DNA of 61,149 nucleotides, the filler included, from Candidatus Woesearchaeota archaeon (lineage in GTDB: Archaea; Nanobdellota; Nanobdellia; Woesearchaeales; JACPBO01): the NCBI GenBank assembly GCA_016180285.1. It is 3 parts of 3 records of this genome, joined end to end, with 100 filler letters (N's around TTAATTAATTAA, not from the genome) between each part and the next. Parts side by side here need not be neighbours in the genome. Positions count along the whole stretch, not along the records: positions 1 to 24,899 come from JACPBO010000037.1; 2 more parts are not named here. The stretch is one strand, 5' to 3'. The translations under genes were made by a program, and so were the position numbers. Under the pieces are notes generated by a model, which did no database searches, was not told where the DNA came from, and saw only the letters and a program-made list of their open reading frames with translations. Shown here piece by piece: positions 1 through 8,833 of the stretch. Position 1 is the stretch's first letter. Each line of letters starts with the position of its first letter.

Positions 1-413
1 CCGCTCGCTGCATGAGTGAATACAACGCCTGGCTTTGGTCCGCTATTACCACACGTCAAATTTATAGGAGTATCTTTTGGAAAATGGGAAAGCAAGGAGA
101 TAAGTCCCAATTGCGGAAATGCCCATGTATCAGGGACGCATATTAAAACATTTACCCCTTCTCTTTTAAATTGATTGGCAACTATGTCAGCCTGTCTTTC
201 GCCATCAACCAGAATGGGCGTCCAGACAACCTTTACAGGAACTCCATCAACAATTTTTACAGAATTAGCAACTACCTCTGCTGCTATCTCAACAATATTT
301 GCAGCCCTTTCTCTTGAGGTCTTATCAATCCGAGGGTCACAGGTTGCAAAGACTCCAAAAACAGGGCCTTTTACTTTAGCATCTCCCTTCAAAGGTAATT
401 TTTTTGCCTCCAT
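1..413 (-). CDS. fucI: L-fucose isomerase-like protein, N-terminal part (runs off window)
   Basis: Not in ORF track; manual translation from ATG 413: MEAKKLPLKGDAKVKGPVFGVFATCDPRID...VPDTWAFPQ...TCGNSGPKPGVVFTHAAS, resembling the FucI N-terminal domain (PCW and GFNGTERPGAVY-like segments). Confidence 0.65.
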   Translation of the reverse strand, partial: MEAKKLPLKGDAKVKGPVFGVFATCDPRIDKTSRERAANIVEIAAEVVANSVKIVDGVPVKVVWTPILVDGERQADIVANQFKREGVNVLICVPDTWAFPQLGLISLLSHFPKDTPINLTCGNSGPKPGVVFTHAAS

Positions 414-420
414 TTCTTAC

Positions 421-1299
421 TCACCCTTTCTTTATCTTCTTTTCCCACGCTAAAATACTATTTAACAAATCCTTCCTCTCCCCGCGCCATGTGACGTCCT
501 CAGCCGGAATCTTAATCCTGTCTCTAATGTCCCGCGGGTCTGTCCCCTCAAAAGCGCCTACGCCTAAGATGTCACTTGAGAAACTCGTCGGCTCATTCAA
601 TAAGAGCCTCTTCACCTCTCCAGGATATACCCTTCTGAAGAATTCCATAAAGAATCTTAAAACTGAGTACATGACCACAAAAAGCCAGAATAAAAATCCG
701 CTTGGCAGCTTTTTTCCTTTTGTTTTGAGAGCATAAACAAACCACAATACAAAAAACATAAATAAATTTTTAACTGCCTCATAAATCTGCGACGGGTGCC
801 TGCAGCCCTCAAAATTCTGGAATTTGACGCACCATGGAACATTCGCTATTCTGCCGACTAGCTCGCCATTGATGAAGTTTGCGATTCTGCCCAAAAACAA
901 GCCAAGCGCAAGTGGAATGACTGCAATATCTGCAATTTCGTAGAAGCTTATTTTTTTCTTTCTGCAGAATAAAAATCCCGCGATTATTGCTCCGACTAAT
1001 CCGCCGTGAAAGCTCAGGCCGCCGTGCCAGACAGCAGGAATCATAAAAGGGTTGCTGATGAAATAGGCAGGATCATAAAAGATAACGTAAAAGATCCTTG
1101 CTCCTATAACTGTTCCGATCAGAAGGTAAAAAACAAAATCAGCAGCATCGTCCTTTGTTATTTTTAATTTGCCTTTTTTTGCCAGATGATAGATCATAAA
1201 ATAAGCAATTATGAAGCTGAGAGCATAGATGATGCCGTAATACCTCACTTCAAGGCTGCCGAGCCTGAAAAGAACAGGATCAATGCTGTTGTAAAACAT
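421..1299 (-). CDS. lgt: Prolipoprotein diacylglyceryl transferase with a non-Lgt C-terminus
   Basis: Motifs RYYG, GARIFYV, WHGGLSFHGG, LGRIANFINGE, RHPSQIYE, RFFMEFFR; sequence after ~633 is not Lgt-like. Confidence 0.9.
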   Translation of the reverse strand: MFYNSIDPVLFRLGSLEVRYYGIIYALSFIIAYFMIYHLAKKGKLKITKDDAADFVFYLLIGTVIGARIFYVIFYDPAYFISNPFMIPAVWHGGLSFHGGLVGAIIAGFLFCRKKKISFYEIADIAVIPLALGLFLGRIANFINGELVGRIANVPWCVKFQNFEGCRHPSQIYEAVKNLFMFFVLWFVYALKTKGKKLPSGFLFWLFVVMYSVLRFFMEFFRRVYPGEVKRLLLNEPTSFSSDILGVGAFEGTDPRDIRDRIKIPAEDVTWRGERKDLLNSILAWEKKIKKG

Positions 1300-2084
1300 T
1301 ACGCACCTTTATTTTTGCTTTTAACTATGAGATAAAAATAAATCCTGTTGAATGCGTTTATCAGATAAAAGACAACTATTGTAACTATCGAGAATATTGC
1401 ATTGTATATTGCATTGTAGGACATTGGAACAGGCTTTGAGAAAAGCGTGTATTTCAGGATAAGGCCGATTATTGCATAAATTATAAAGTAAGCCAATAAA
1501 AATAAAACCGAACTTAAAAACACAGGGATATAAGATTTGATTTTCTTAAATGTAAAACGAAGGGCGGCAGAAACAGGCCTTTTTCCGCTTGCAAAAAAAG
1601 AATGGCACAGGTTAAGGAAAGAATACGCGAAGAATATGAATAAAATCAATGCAATCCTTAAGATAAGCTTTTGGTAGCTTTCGACAATGAGAAAAGGGAT
1701 AACTGAGGAAAGAATGAAGAATGTAAAGCCGAAAAGAAAAAAGACAATTACATTGACAAGATAGAATTTTCCAAATCTGCCGAAATTAAGTTCAGATTTT
1801 TCAAACATTGAGCTTATAAAATGCAGAACAGAATATTTGAAAAATGAGTAAAGCGCTGCAAAAATCAAAAAATAGACTGCCATATATGCTAAAGCATAAA
1901 TTGGAAGAATAACCCTGCCTTCGGAAAAAACACCAACGATCTTGTTTGCGGAATAAATGCTCAGCAGAAACATCGCATCAAAAAGAAGCATGTAAAAGAA
2001 CAAAGAGGGCGCTGATTTTATTTTTCTGAAAACTTCCAAAAATAAAGTTTTCTTCAGTTTAGCTATAAAACCGCCCTTTTTCAT
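1299..2084 (-). CDS. Multi-pass membrane protein
   Basis: 261 aa, about 6 hydrophobic segments; stop overlaps lgt start; similar organisation to 3948-4772. Confidence 0.75.
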   Translation of the reverse strand: MKKGGFIAKLKKTLFLEVFRKIKSAPSLFFYMLLFDAMFLLSIYSANKIVGVFSEGRVILPIYALAYMAVYFLIFAALYSFFKYSVLHFISSMFEKSELNFGRFGKFYLVNVIVFFLFGFTFFILSSVIPFLIVESYQKLILRIALILFIFFAYSFLNLCHSFFASGKRPVSAALRFTFKKIKSYIPVFLSSVLFLLAYFIIYAIIGLILKYTLFSKPVPMSYNAIYNAIFSIVTIVVFYLINAFNRIYFYLIVKSKNKGA

Positions 2085-2139
2085 CTTAAAACTGCTGAAA
2101 ATAGAAGTATTTAAATATTTCCTTTATTATTATTGCGCC

Positions 2140-2598
2140 ATGCTGACTGAAATGATCTTTACAGTGCTATCTTATTTAATAGGCGCTGTCTCGCCAAGCT
2201 ATTTCGCTGCAAAAACATTTGCCGGCATCGACATAAGGAGATACGGCAATAAAACAGCAGGCGCTCTGAATACTTATGAAGTGATTGGATTTATGCCTGC
2301 GATTACTGTTGCAATACTTGACGCGGGAAAGGCATTTTTTGTAGTTGTACTCTCAGTTTACCTTGGCTTCAACATCTATTATCTTTTTTTAATCGGGCTT
2401 GCAGCAATAATGGGCAATATATTCCCCTTTTATCTTGATTTCGAAGGCGGCCATGGCCTGGCAACAACAGCGGGAGTTGCGCTGGCATCATTGTTTTTGT
2501 TCGGAAGAGAAAGGGCTTCGTATGCTGTGATACTTATTGCAGCACTCATTCTTTCATACATCATAACAAGGAACGTTATAAAGCGGGTAAAGGGCTAG
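2140..2598 (+). CDS. plsY: Glycerol-3-phosphate acyltransferase PlsY-like (short)
   Basis: SYLIGAVS, GIDIRRYGNKTAGALN, LDAGKA, GNIFPFYLDFEGGHGLAT match PlsY motifs 1-2; the C-terminal motif 3 is not evident. Confidence 0.8.
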   Translation: MLTEMIFTVLSYLIGAVSPSYFAAKTFAGIDIRRYGNKTAGALNTYEVIGFMPAITVAILDAGKAFFVVVLSVYLGFNIYYLFLIGLAAIMGNIFPFYLDFEGGHGLATTAGVALASLFLFGRERASYAVILIAALILSYIITRNVIKRVKG

Positions 2599-2653
2599 CG
2601 AAGTTCAGTTTTACATCATGCCAGCAATTTTTGCCATGCCCCAGAGCGCGACT

Positions 2654-3274
2654 ATGGATATAAACAAGTTAAAAGAGGAGCAGACAAGGCTTTCTAAAAA
2701 GATTGTTCTGAAGGATGAATTTGAGAAAATAGAGAAAATTGCCGGCTGCGATATAGCGCAGAGAGGTGATGAGCTTATTGCGGCGATTGTTGTATGCGAG
2801 TATAAAACATTGAATGTGCTGGAAAAGCAATGTGTGATTAAAACTGCAACGATGCCATATATTCCTGAATTTCTTGGCTTCAGGGAATGCCCTGCTCTGA
2901 TCGAGTGCTACAGCAAATTAACAACTGAACCGGATATTTTTATTTTTGACGGGAATGGAATTCTTCATCCGAGAAGATTTGGTGCGGCATCCCAGTTCGG
3001 GCTTTCAATTGATAAGCCGACAATAGGGGTTGCTAAATCGCTGCTTTGCGGCGAATTAAGGGGAGATGATATCTTTATTGATAACGAAAAAGCTGCCTTT
3101 GAATTAAAAACAAAGAAATTCTCAAAGCCAATATATATAAGCCCCGGCCATAATATAACATTGAAGACAGCTGTGGAGATCGTAAAGAATCTTATGAAGC
3201 TGCCGCACAAGCTGCCGGAGCCATTGCATCTGGCGCACAGGTATGCTGAAAAGATGAAAGAAAAGAAAATGTAA
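2654..3274 (+). CDS. nfi: Endonuclease V
   Basis: IAGCD, PYIPEFLGFRE, DGNGILHPRRFGAAS, PTIGVAKS, KPIYISPGH, LPEPLHLAH; start at 2654 preferred over 2618. Confidence 0.93.
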   Translation: MDINKLKEEQTRLSKKIVLKDEFEKIEKIAGCDIAQRGDELIAAIVVCEYKTLNVLEKQCVIKTATMPYIPEFLGFRECPALIECYSKLTTEPDIFIFDGNGILHPRRFGAASQFGLSIDKPTIGVAKSLLCGELRGDDIFIDNEKAAFELKTKKFSKPIYISPGHNITLKTAVEIVKNLMKLPHKLPEPLHLAHRYAEKMKEKKM

Positions 3275-3283
3275 CAAAAGCTG

Positions 3284-3505
3284 TTAATTTCCCAACCGCA
3301 ATAACCTCTTCTCAAAATCTGTTGGCTTTATGCGCCTTTCTTTAAGAAGCGCTATTCTATCGCAAATCCTTCTATACATGTCTCTCGCTTGCATTATGAT
3401 ATAGGATCTTAAAAACTGCACTGCATTAATCTCCCTGCCTTGATAAGCTTCAACTAGATCAAACCTTGTTCTATACAGTGAATAAATCAACTCATCCCCT
3501 GCCAT
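3284..3505 (-). CDS. Small hypothetical protein
   Basis: 73-aa ORF co-oriented with upstream Nudix gene. Confidence 0.5.
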   Translation of the reverse strand: MAGDELIYSLYRTRFDLVEAYQGREINAVQFLRSYIIMQARDMYRRICDRIALLKERRIKPTDFEKRLLRLGN

Positions 3506-3529
3506 AAAGGATATTAAAGCAGGCTCTAT

Positions 3530-3955
3530 TTAAATAAATTTTGTTTTTGAAATCAAAAACTCATTCGCCTTCTTTAGAATCTCCTTTGAATTTTTAAAAG
3601 TAACTTTCGCCAGAGCATCAGCAAAATTCAGCCATTCATAGCCAATATGCTCAAAAGATATCTTTACTTCTTTTTGTTTTGTTTCAATAAGATAGAAAAC
3701 AACCTCTTTGGAGATCAGCCTGCCCTCTCTTCTGTAAAAATACTTTATTCTTTCCTTAAATCCTTCTGCAAAACTTATTTCCGCTATGCCTGTTTCTTCT
3801 TTTATCTCCCTTGCTGCAGTTTCTTTCTCCTCTTCGCCTTTTTCAATATTGCCTTTTGGAAAGTCCCAGTGGCCTGCCCTGTACTGCAGTAGAAGGTATT
3901 TTGTTTCTCCATCTTTTCTGAAGACTACAGCTCCGGCTGATGTTTCATCAGGCAT
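3530..3955 (-). CDS. Nudix hydrolase (Ap4A hydrolase-like)
   Basis: SAGAVVF, HWDFPKG and Nudix box GEEEKETAAREIKEETG. Confidence 0.9.
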   Translation of the reverse strand: MPDETSAGAVVFRKDGETKYLLLQYRAGHWDFPKGNIEKGEEEKETAAREIKEETGIAEISFAEGFKERIKYFYRREGRLISKEVVFYLIETKQKEVKISFEHIGYEWLNFADALAKVTFKNSKEILKKANEFLISKTKFI

Positions 3956-4772
3956 TTTTCACTTTATCTGTTTTATCGGCAATCAAACAAATAAATACCC
4001 TTGCCCAGCTTAATGCAGGGAGGAACAGTAAAAACCCTAAAACAACCATAAGAGCGTAATTTAGCTGCTGTGCTAAAATAAGAATGTAATTTATTATTAA
4101 AAATACAATGGCAATAACAATATACACCGGAACAAAGATCAAAAATTTTTTAAAACCTGATGCGAATGCGCGCTTAATTGCTCCTTTCTTCCCGATCAAT
4201 GCGTAGCTTATGAAGGCGAAATAAGCGACTAAAACTGCAATAATCAGGGCTATAACCCCGGTATCCTGCTTTTTGCCGCTTAATATCAGGACTATGCCGA
4301 TAATTCTTTCAAAAAGCAGCCCGAGATAAAAAATCGCGAACCACAAAATGTTTATTTTAAAAAAAGATTTCATAAAGCCAATGACCTCAAATTTGCCTCC
4401 TGTAAGTTTTCTGGCAATTCTCCAGTTCATGCCCTGGAATACGCAATAAACCAGATAAATAAAAATCATCAAAGCGAAAAACAAAAGCAGTATCGACTTT
4501 AAGCCCTGGCTGAATCCCTGCTGCAGCATCATTGCCTGGAACAGGTTTTTTCCCTCTGCAATTAGCTGGTTAATTGAATCTTTGCTGCTGCTGGCGATCT
4601 GCAGCAGAATGTTGGCCTTGTCTGTTATTATGTTGAAAATAGCAAGCGAAACAACGCCGTAAATGGCGAAGAACAATAGATCGAAAATAGCTGAAAATAT
4701 GATGTATTTGGGATTATTCTTCAGAATATAAACTGATTTCAAAAACTGGCTTTTGATTATAGTTAAATTCAT
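3948..4772 (-). CDS. Multi-pass membrane protein
   Basis: 274 aa with about 6 hydrophobic helices; overlaps Nudix start. Confidence 0.75.
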   Translation of the reverse strand: MNLTIIKSQFLKSVYILKNNPKYIIFSAIFDLLFFAIYGVVSLAIFNIITDKANILLQIASSSKDSINQLIAEGKNLFQAMMLQQGFSQGLKSILLLFFALMIFIYLVYCVFQGMNWRIARKLTGGKFEVIGFMKSFFKINILWFAIFYLGLLFERIIGIVLILSGKKQDTGVIALIIAVLVAYFAFISYALIGKKGAIKRAFASGFKKFLIFVPVYIVIAIVFLIINYILILAQQLNYALMVVLGFLLFLPALSWARVFICLIADKTDKVKNA

Positions 4773-4932
4773 AACGCTTGATTAAAATGCCTTTTTATTT
4801 AAAGGTTATTGTTTTATGCCCGATTGTTTGCTTTAGCAAGATCATCTTTTGCTTATGACATAGCAGTGACGAGCCGTTAAAAAAAGAAATATTTATAAGT
4901 ATTGGTTACATATTATTAAAATGGTGAGATAA

Positions 4933-5244
4933 ATGAGTTCGGAAACTAATCTAGCCAGTAAAGTTGCTTTAACGAAAAGAATTAGAGATGAAGAAGGAGA
5001 AATTTTATTTGAAGGTATAATAAGAATTTTGGCAATAAATAGTTCGGGGGCATGGGAATCTTATGTTAACCAAGAAGGGATAGTAACGAGAAGGAAAGAG
5101 TTGATGAGGGGACCATTAACAGAAGAACAAATAATGGAAATCGCAGAATGCCATGAAATTAAATATCTGAAATGTCTCCCTAAAAGAAAGGAAAAATCAG
5201 CTCCATTATTCTATGTACAGAAGTCATTCTATCGCCTATATTGA
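4933..5244 (+). CDS. Hypothetical protein
   Basis: 103-aa ORF with upstream TTTATAA and GGTGA RBS. Confidence 0.6.
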   Translation: MSSETNLASKVALTKRIRDEEGEILFEGIIRILAINSSGAWESYVNQEGIVTRRKELMRGPLTEEQIMEIAECHEIKYLKCLPKRKEKSAPLFYVQKSFYRLY

Positions 5245-5321
5245 AGTTTCTCGTTGTCTAGGCGAGGCACAGCGAGTAATAATCGACATAACACAAAATT
5301 AAAAATAAACTCAAAACAAGC

Positions 5322-5342
5322 AAAAATCTTATAAATAAAGTG
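5322..5342 (+). promoter_or_regulatory. Archaeal BRE/TATA promoter of the tRNA cluster
   Basis: AAAAATCTTATAAATAAAGTG about 30 nt before the tRNA; near-identical element at the same spacing before tRNA-Lys. Confidence 0.8.
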
Positions 5343-5359
5343 AAATCTTTAGCTCTTAT

Positions 5360-5490
5360 GCCGCGATGGCACAATCTGGTAAATGGCGAAGGCTATGCCT
5401 GAGCCTCGCTGACCAAATGCGCAGGACTGGAACATTTTCGAGAGATTCTGTTCCCGCAAGGGTTTCCCGGTTCAAATCCGGGTCGCGGCG
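5360..5490 (+). tRNA. tRNA-Ser(GGA) with two introns (D-loop ~5383-5416; 37/38 at 5433-5444)
   Basis: Acceptor GCCGCGA/TCGCGGC-G, anticodon stem CAGGA/TTCTG with CT-GGA-A, long variable arm, T-arm CCCGG-TTCAAAT-CCGGG; collinear with 5615-5714 once inserts are removed. Confidence 0.88.
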
Positions 5491-5493
5491 TAT

Positions 5494-5568
5494 GCCCCCA
5501 TAGTGTAGCCCGGCCAAGCATATGGGCTTCTCGAGCCCGAGACACGGGTTCAAATCCCGTTGGGGGTA
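5494..5568 (+). tRNA. tRNA-Glu(CTC)
   Basis: GCCCCCA/TGGGGGT-A, anticodon arm TGGGC-TTCTCGA-GCCCG, T-arm ACGGG-TTCAAAT-CCCGT. Confidence 0.95.
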
Positions 5569-5614
5569 TTTTTTTAGAAACCATTAAAAATAAAACCAAT
5601 ATCTTTCTTATTAT

Positions 5615-5714
5615 GCCGCGATGGCACAACTCGGTACTGCGGTAGTCTCGAACTGATCAGCGCAAGAGAACTGCTGGCCGCAAGGCCTTCCCGGTTCAAA
5701 TCCGGGTCGCGGCG
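5615..5714 (+). tRNA. tRNA-Ser(CGA) with 16-nt intron at 37/38 (5653-5668)
   Basis: GCCGCGA/TCGCGGC-G, GTAGT-CTCGAA-[intron]-A-ACTGC, variable arm GGCC-GCAA-GGCC. Confidence 0.92.
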
Positions 5715-5773
5715 TGTTTAATTTAAGGTAAGCAAATAAAAATATGCGCTTTAATGCATGTTATTCTAAAAAA

Positions 5774-6000
5774 TCCAGCCAACCATGGTGCCTACGGACA
5801 AAACAAGTTTTGTCCTACTCGGGTTTCCCGCCAACTGGTTACGCTCAGTTGACACGCAAGGTGGAGCATGAAGCTCCACGCCACAACTGGCATCAAAAGT
5901 GATCTGGTCGTGGCATGAGGCTTTATGCCTCATATTTTTTTGCCAAGTTTTTGCTAAAAACTTGGGGAGCAACCCTTCCCTCGTCGGCACCATGACTGGA
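5774..6000 (-). ncRNA. Unassigned structured RNA element, copy A (expanded)
   Basis: GC-rich intergenic stretch with long closing stem, six internal hairpins and G-U pairs that work on the minus strand; shares core with 19596-19702. Confidence 0.6.
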
Positions 6001-6053
6001 TTTTTTATTGATATTGTTTAAGAAATTACCATTATATTCAAAACCAAACCTAT

Positions 6054-7172
6054 TCAGCATCCATTCGGCTCGGTATAGATGTACTCCTTATCAGCATAGT
6101 TCCTTAGAACGATCTTCCCGTCAGCGTAAGAAACAACGTATTCTGGCAGTAAAGGTATCTTTCCGCCTCCGCCAGGCGCATCTATTATATACTGCGGAAC
6201 TGCCAATCCTGATGTATGCCCTCTCAAAGCCTTTATTACATCAAGCCCTGCCTTGATCTTTGTCCTGAAATGCTCTGTCCCCTTGACCAAGTCTGCCTGA
6301 TATATATAATAAGGCTTCACTCTCATCATCAGAAGCTTGTGCATCAGCTCTTTCATCACAGCAGGATCATCATTGATGCCTTTCATCAGTACGCTTTGGT
6401 TTCCAAGCGGAATCCCTGTGTCAGCAAGCATCTCGCATGCTGCTTTGCTTTCTTCTGTGATTTCAGAAGGATGGTTGAAATGCGTGTTAATGAAAAGCGG
6501 ATGATATTTCTTAAGCATCTTGCAAAGCTCAGGCGTTATTCTCTGCGGCAGTGTGCATGGCACTCTTGTGCCAATTCTTATAATTTCTACATGAGAAATG
6601 GCTCTCACTTCTTTCAAAATCCATTCCAAATAGCTGTCTGAAAGCAGCAAAGGATCTCCTCCTGACAACAAAACATCCCTTATTTCCTTATGCTCTTTGA
6701 TATACTCTATGCCTTTCATAATCTGCTCTTTTGTTATTCTTTTGAAAGGATCGCCGACTTTTCTTTTTCTTGTGCAGAACCTGCAGTAAGTTGCGCATTG
6801 GTTTGAGACAAGAAGCAAAACTCTGTCAGGATAGCGGTGCGTCAATCCTGGAACCGGGCTGTCCCTTTCCTCGCAGAGAGGATCTTCAGTCATGACTTCG
6901 CTGTTAACCAGTTCGTTCTTATCAGGTATGCACTGCTTCCAGATCGGGTCATCTTTTGACTTGATCAAGCTTAAGAAATAAGAATTCACCCTCATTGGGT
7001 ATTTTTTAATAACTTCGTTCAGCTCCTGCGCATTTATCGGGCATTTGCATATTGCAGCCAGCTGATCAGCAGAGTTAATGCTGTTCTTCATTATCTCTTT
7101 CCACAAAGAAAACCCTTCAGTTTCCTGCTCCTTCACTAAAATTAGCTCCTGCCTTATCAACGACCTTGCCAT
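6054..7172 (-). CDS. kamA: KamA-family radical SAM/PLP aminomutase (lysine 2,3-aminomutase-like)
   Basis: THRYPDRVL, CATYCRFC, LLSGGDPL, IRIGTR, THFNHP, GNQSVL, DAPGGGGKIP. Confidence 0.93.
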   Translation of the reverse strand: MARSLIRQELILVKEQETEGFSLWKEIMKNSINSADQLAAICKCPINAQELNEVIKKYPMRVNSYFLSLIKSKDDPIWKQCIPDKNELVNSEVMTEDPLCEERDSPVPGLTHRYPDRVLLLVSNQCATYCRFCTRKRKVGDPFKRITKEQIMKGIEYIKEHKEIRDVLLSGGDPLLLSDSYLEWILKEVRAISHVEIIRIGTRVPCTLPQRITPELCKMLKKYHPLFINTHFNHPSEITEESKAACEMLADTGIPLGNQSVLMKGINDDPAVMKELMHKLLMMRVKPYYIYQADLVKGTEHFRTKIKAGLDVIKALRGHTSGLAVPQYIIDAPGGGGKIPLLPEYVVSYADGKIVLRNYADKEYIYTEPNGC

Positions 7173-7456
7173 CTTTCTCTTTTTTGATTAAATAATTAGA
7201 CTAAGTTCACCTCACATAGAAATTAAATAAAATTTTATGTCTTGTGTTATTAAAATAAAAAGATCTTAATTTCATTGTTATGTCAGTTTTCCTCCTTGAA
7301 AACAATATTTTTATTAAAATATATTGTGAAAGAACTTATATTTAAATGTATTTATTTTTGAAATTTTACGACGAAAGAAATTCTTGATTTTTATGAATTT
7401 TTTCTTTAAAGGTTCTTTCAGGAAATCGAAAGAAAATCTCTCGACGAGAAAAAAAA

Positions 7457-8833
7457 TCAGAACTTGCAGCCAAAATACCTTTCTTCAAATTTTTCTTTTT
7501 CTTTTCCAACAACAAATTTATTTTTTTCAGTCAGAATTATATACGGCGCTGTTGGCTTGATGAACCGCGATGCATATGAAAATACATAGTCTCCCTGGTT
7601 CAGCACTGCAATGATATCTCCTTTTTTGATATCTTCCCCAAAAAAAGAATAGCCCCATAAATCTGAAGGGTGGCAGAGAGGGCCGTATATTGTTTTTTTG
7701 CTGAGAATCAGGGATGGCGCATTTAAATTAACCAGCGGAGCAAAAGAATATTCTGAAAACCTGAAATCCCCCACCATATTTGCGCCGCCGTCAACTATAA
7801 CGCCATTATTCTTTATTGAAATAACCTTTGTTAAAATCGTTGTGGAATGCATTGAAATAAATCTTCCAGGCTCTAAATAAACCTTTATTTTTGGGTTAAA
7901 GGCAAAAATGTATTTTTCAAAAGCAGCAGATATTTTTTTGCCAAAAGTATCCAGCGGCTCAACGTTTTCAACAATTATGCTGTGAAGATCAGCTTCTTCA
8001 GGATTAAGCATGCCCAACAGCTTTCCCTTGTCTGTCTCTTTCATCAGAATTGCATTTCCCTCAGGATAGAATCCTCCGCCTATGCTGACAAATTCAAGTT
8101 CTTGGATGTCTTTGGCTGAGAAATTATCTTTAAAGTGCTTTCCGATTATTCCTATATTCTCAACGTATTTGTCCGGATTGCAGTTCCAGCTGCAGTGAAA
8201 ATGGAGGCCTCTCAGCTTCAATTGCGGATGCTCTTTTATTTTTTCAACTGCTTTGTCCAGCTCTTTCAGCTCAATTCCGAATTTAGACCATTCTTCCATG
8301 ACAGAATCATGCGGGTTCAATCTTATGGAAATGCTTAGTTTGTTTTTTTTATTTTTATTCATTATTCTTATTAAATTGCCTAATTCATCAAAATTGTCTA
8401 TGTTCAAAATGACTTTATCGCTGTTTTCTATTGCCAGCTTTAGCTCCTCATCCTCTTTTCCCGGGCCAGTAAAAATTATTTTGCCAAAGCCGAGCTTTAA
8501 TGCGAGCTTCAGCTCAAACAGGCTTGCAACATCCGCATTATAACCTGTATTTTTTAAGGCATTTGCCAAAAAGGGCAAATCGTTGCATTTAAATGCGTAA
8601 AAAAATTCAGAATCAGGCAGATATTGCTTAAAAGTGTTCATGAAAAACAAAGCTCTTTTTTTTAATTTGGCTTCGTCAAGAAAATACTGCGGTGTGCCGA
8701 ATTTTTCAGCGCTTTCAAGAAGAAAGTTTTTTTTATTTGCTGTTTCCTCGACATCGTTATGAAAAAAACTGCCGTCATTTACTTCAACCTTTTCTTCAAG
8801 GATTTTTTTTATGTTGTCTGGCGCTTTGGACAT
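7457..8833 (-). CDS. Fold-type III PLP decarboxylase (Orn/DAP/Arg family)
   Basis: FGTP, YAFKCN (PLP lysine), FTGPGK, SKFG, GLHFH, IGGGF, EPGR, YGPLCHPSD; substrate not assignable. Confidence 0.88.
   Translation of the reverse strand: MSKAPDNIKKILEEKVEVNDGSFFHNDVEETANKKNFLLESAEKFGTPQYFLDEAKLKKRALFFMNTFKQYLPDSEFFYAFKCNDLPFLANALKNTGYNADVASLFELKLALKLGFGKIIFTGPGKEDEELKLAIENSDKVILNIDNFDELGNLIRIMNKNKKNKLSISIRLNPHDSVMEEWSKFGIELKELDKAVEKIKEHPQLKLRGLHFHCSWNCNPDKYVENIGIIGKHFKDNFSAKDIQELEFVSIGGGFYPEGNAILMKETDKGKLLGMLNPEEADLHSIIVENVEPLDTFGKKISAAFEKYIFAFNPKIKVYLEPGRFISMHSTTILTKVISIKNNGVIVDGGANMVGDFRFSEYSFAPLVNLNAPSLILSKKTIYGPLCHPSDLWGYSFFGEDIKKGDIIAVLNQGDYVFSYASRFIKPTAPYIILTEKNKFVVGKEKEKFEERYFGCKF

Noticed and set aside
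5356..5993. ORF-track entries 5356-5553, 5393-5629, 5766-5993 (likewise 19440-19746)
   Set aside because: Shadows of tRNAs and structured RNA with no protein-like features.
5960..5995. HDV-like (theta) ribozyme suggested by TCCCTCGT near tRNAs
   Set aside because: P3 and nested pseudoknot pairings could not be built in both copies; G-U pairs favour the other strand.
7213..7275. 20-codon ORF upstream of kamA as a leader peptide
   Set aside because: RBS-like AGGAGG is too distant and there is no Lys-codon run or attenuator structure.
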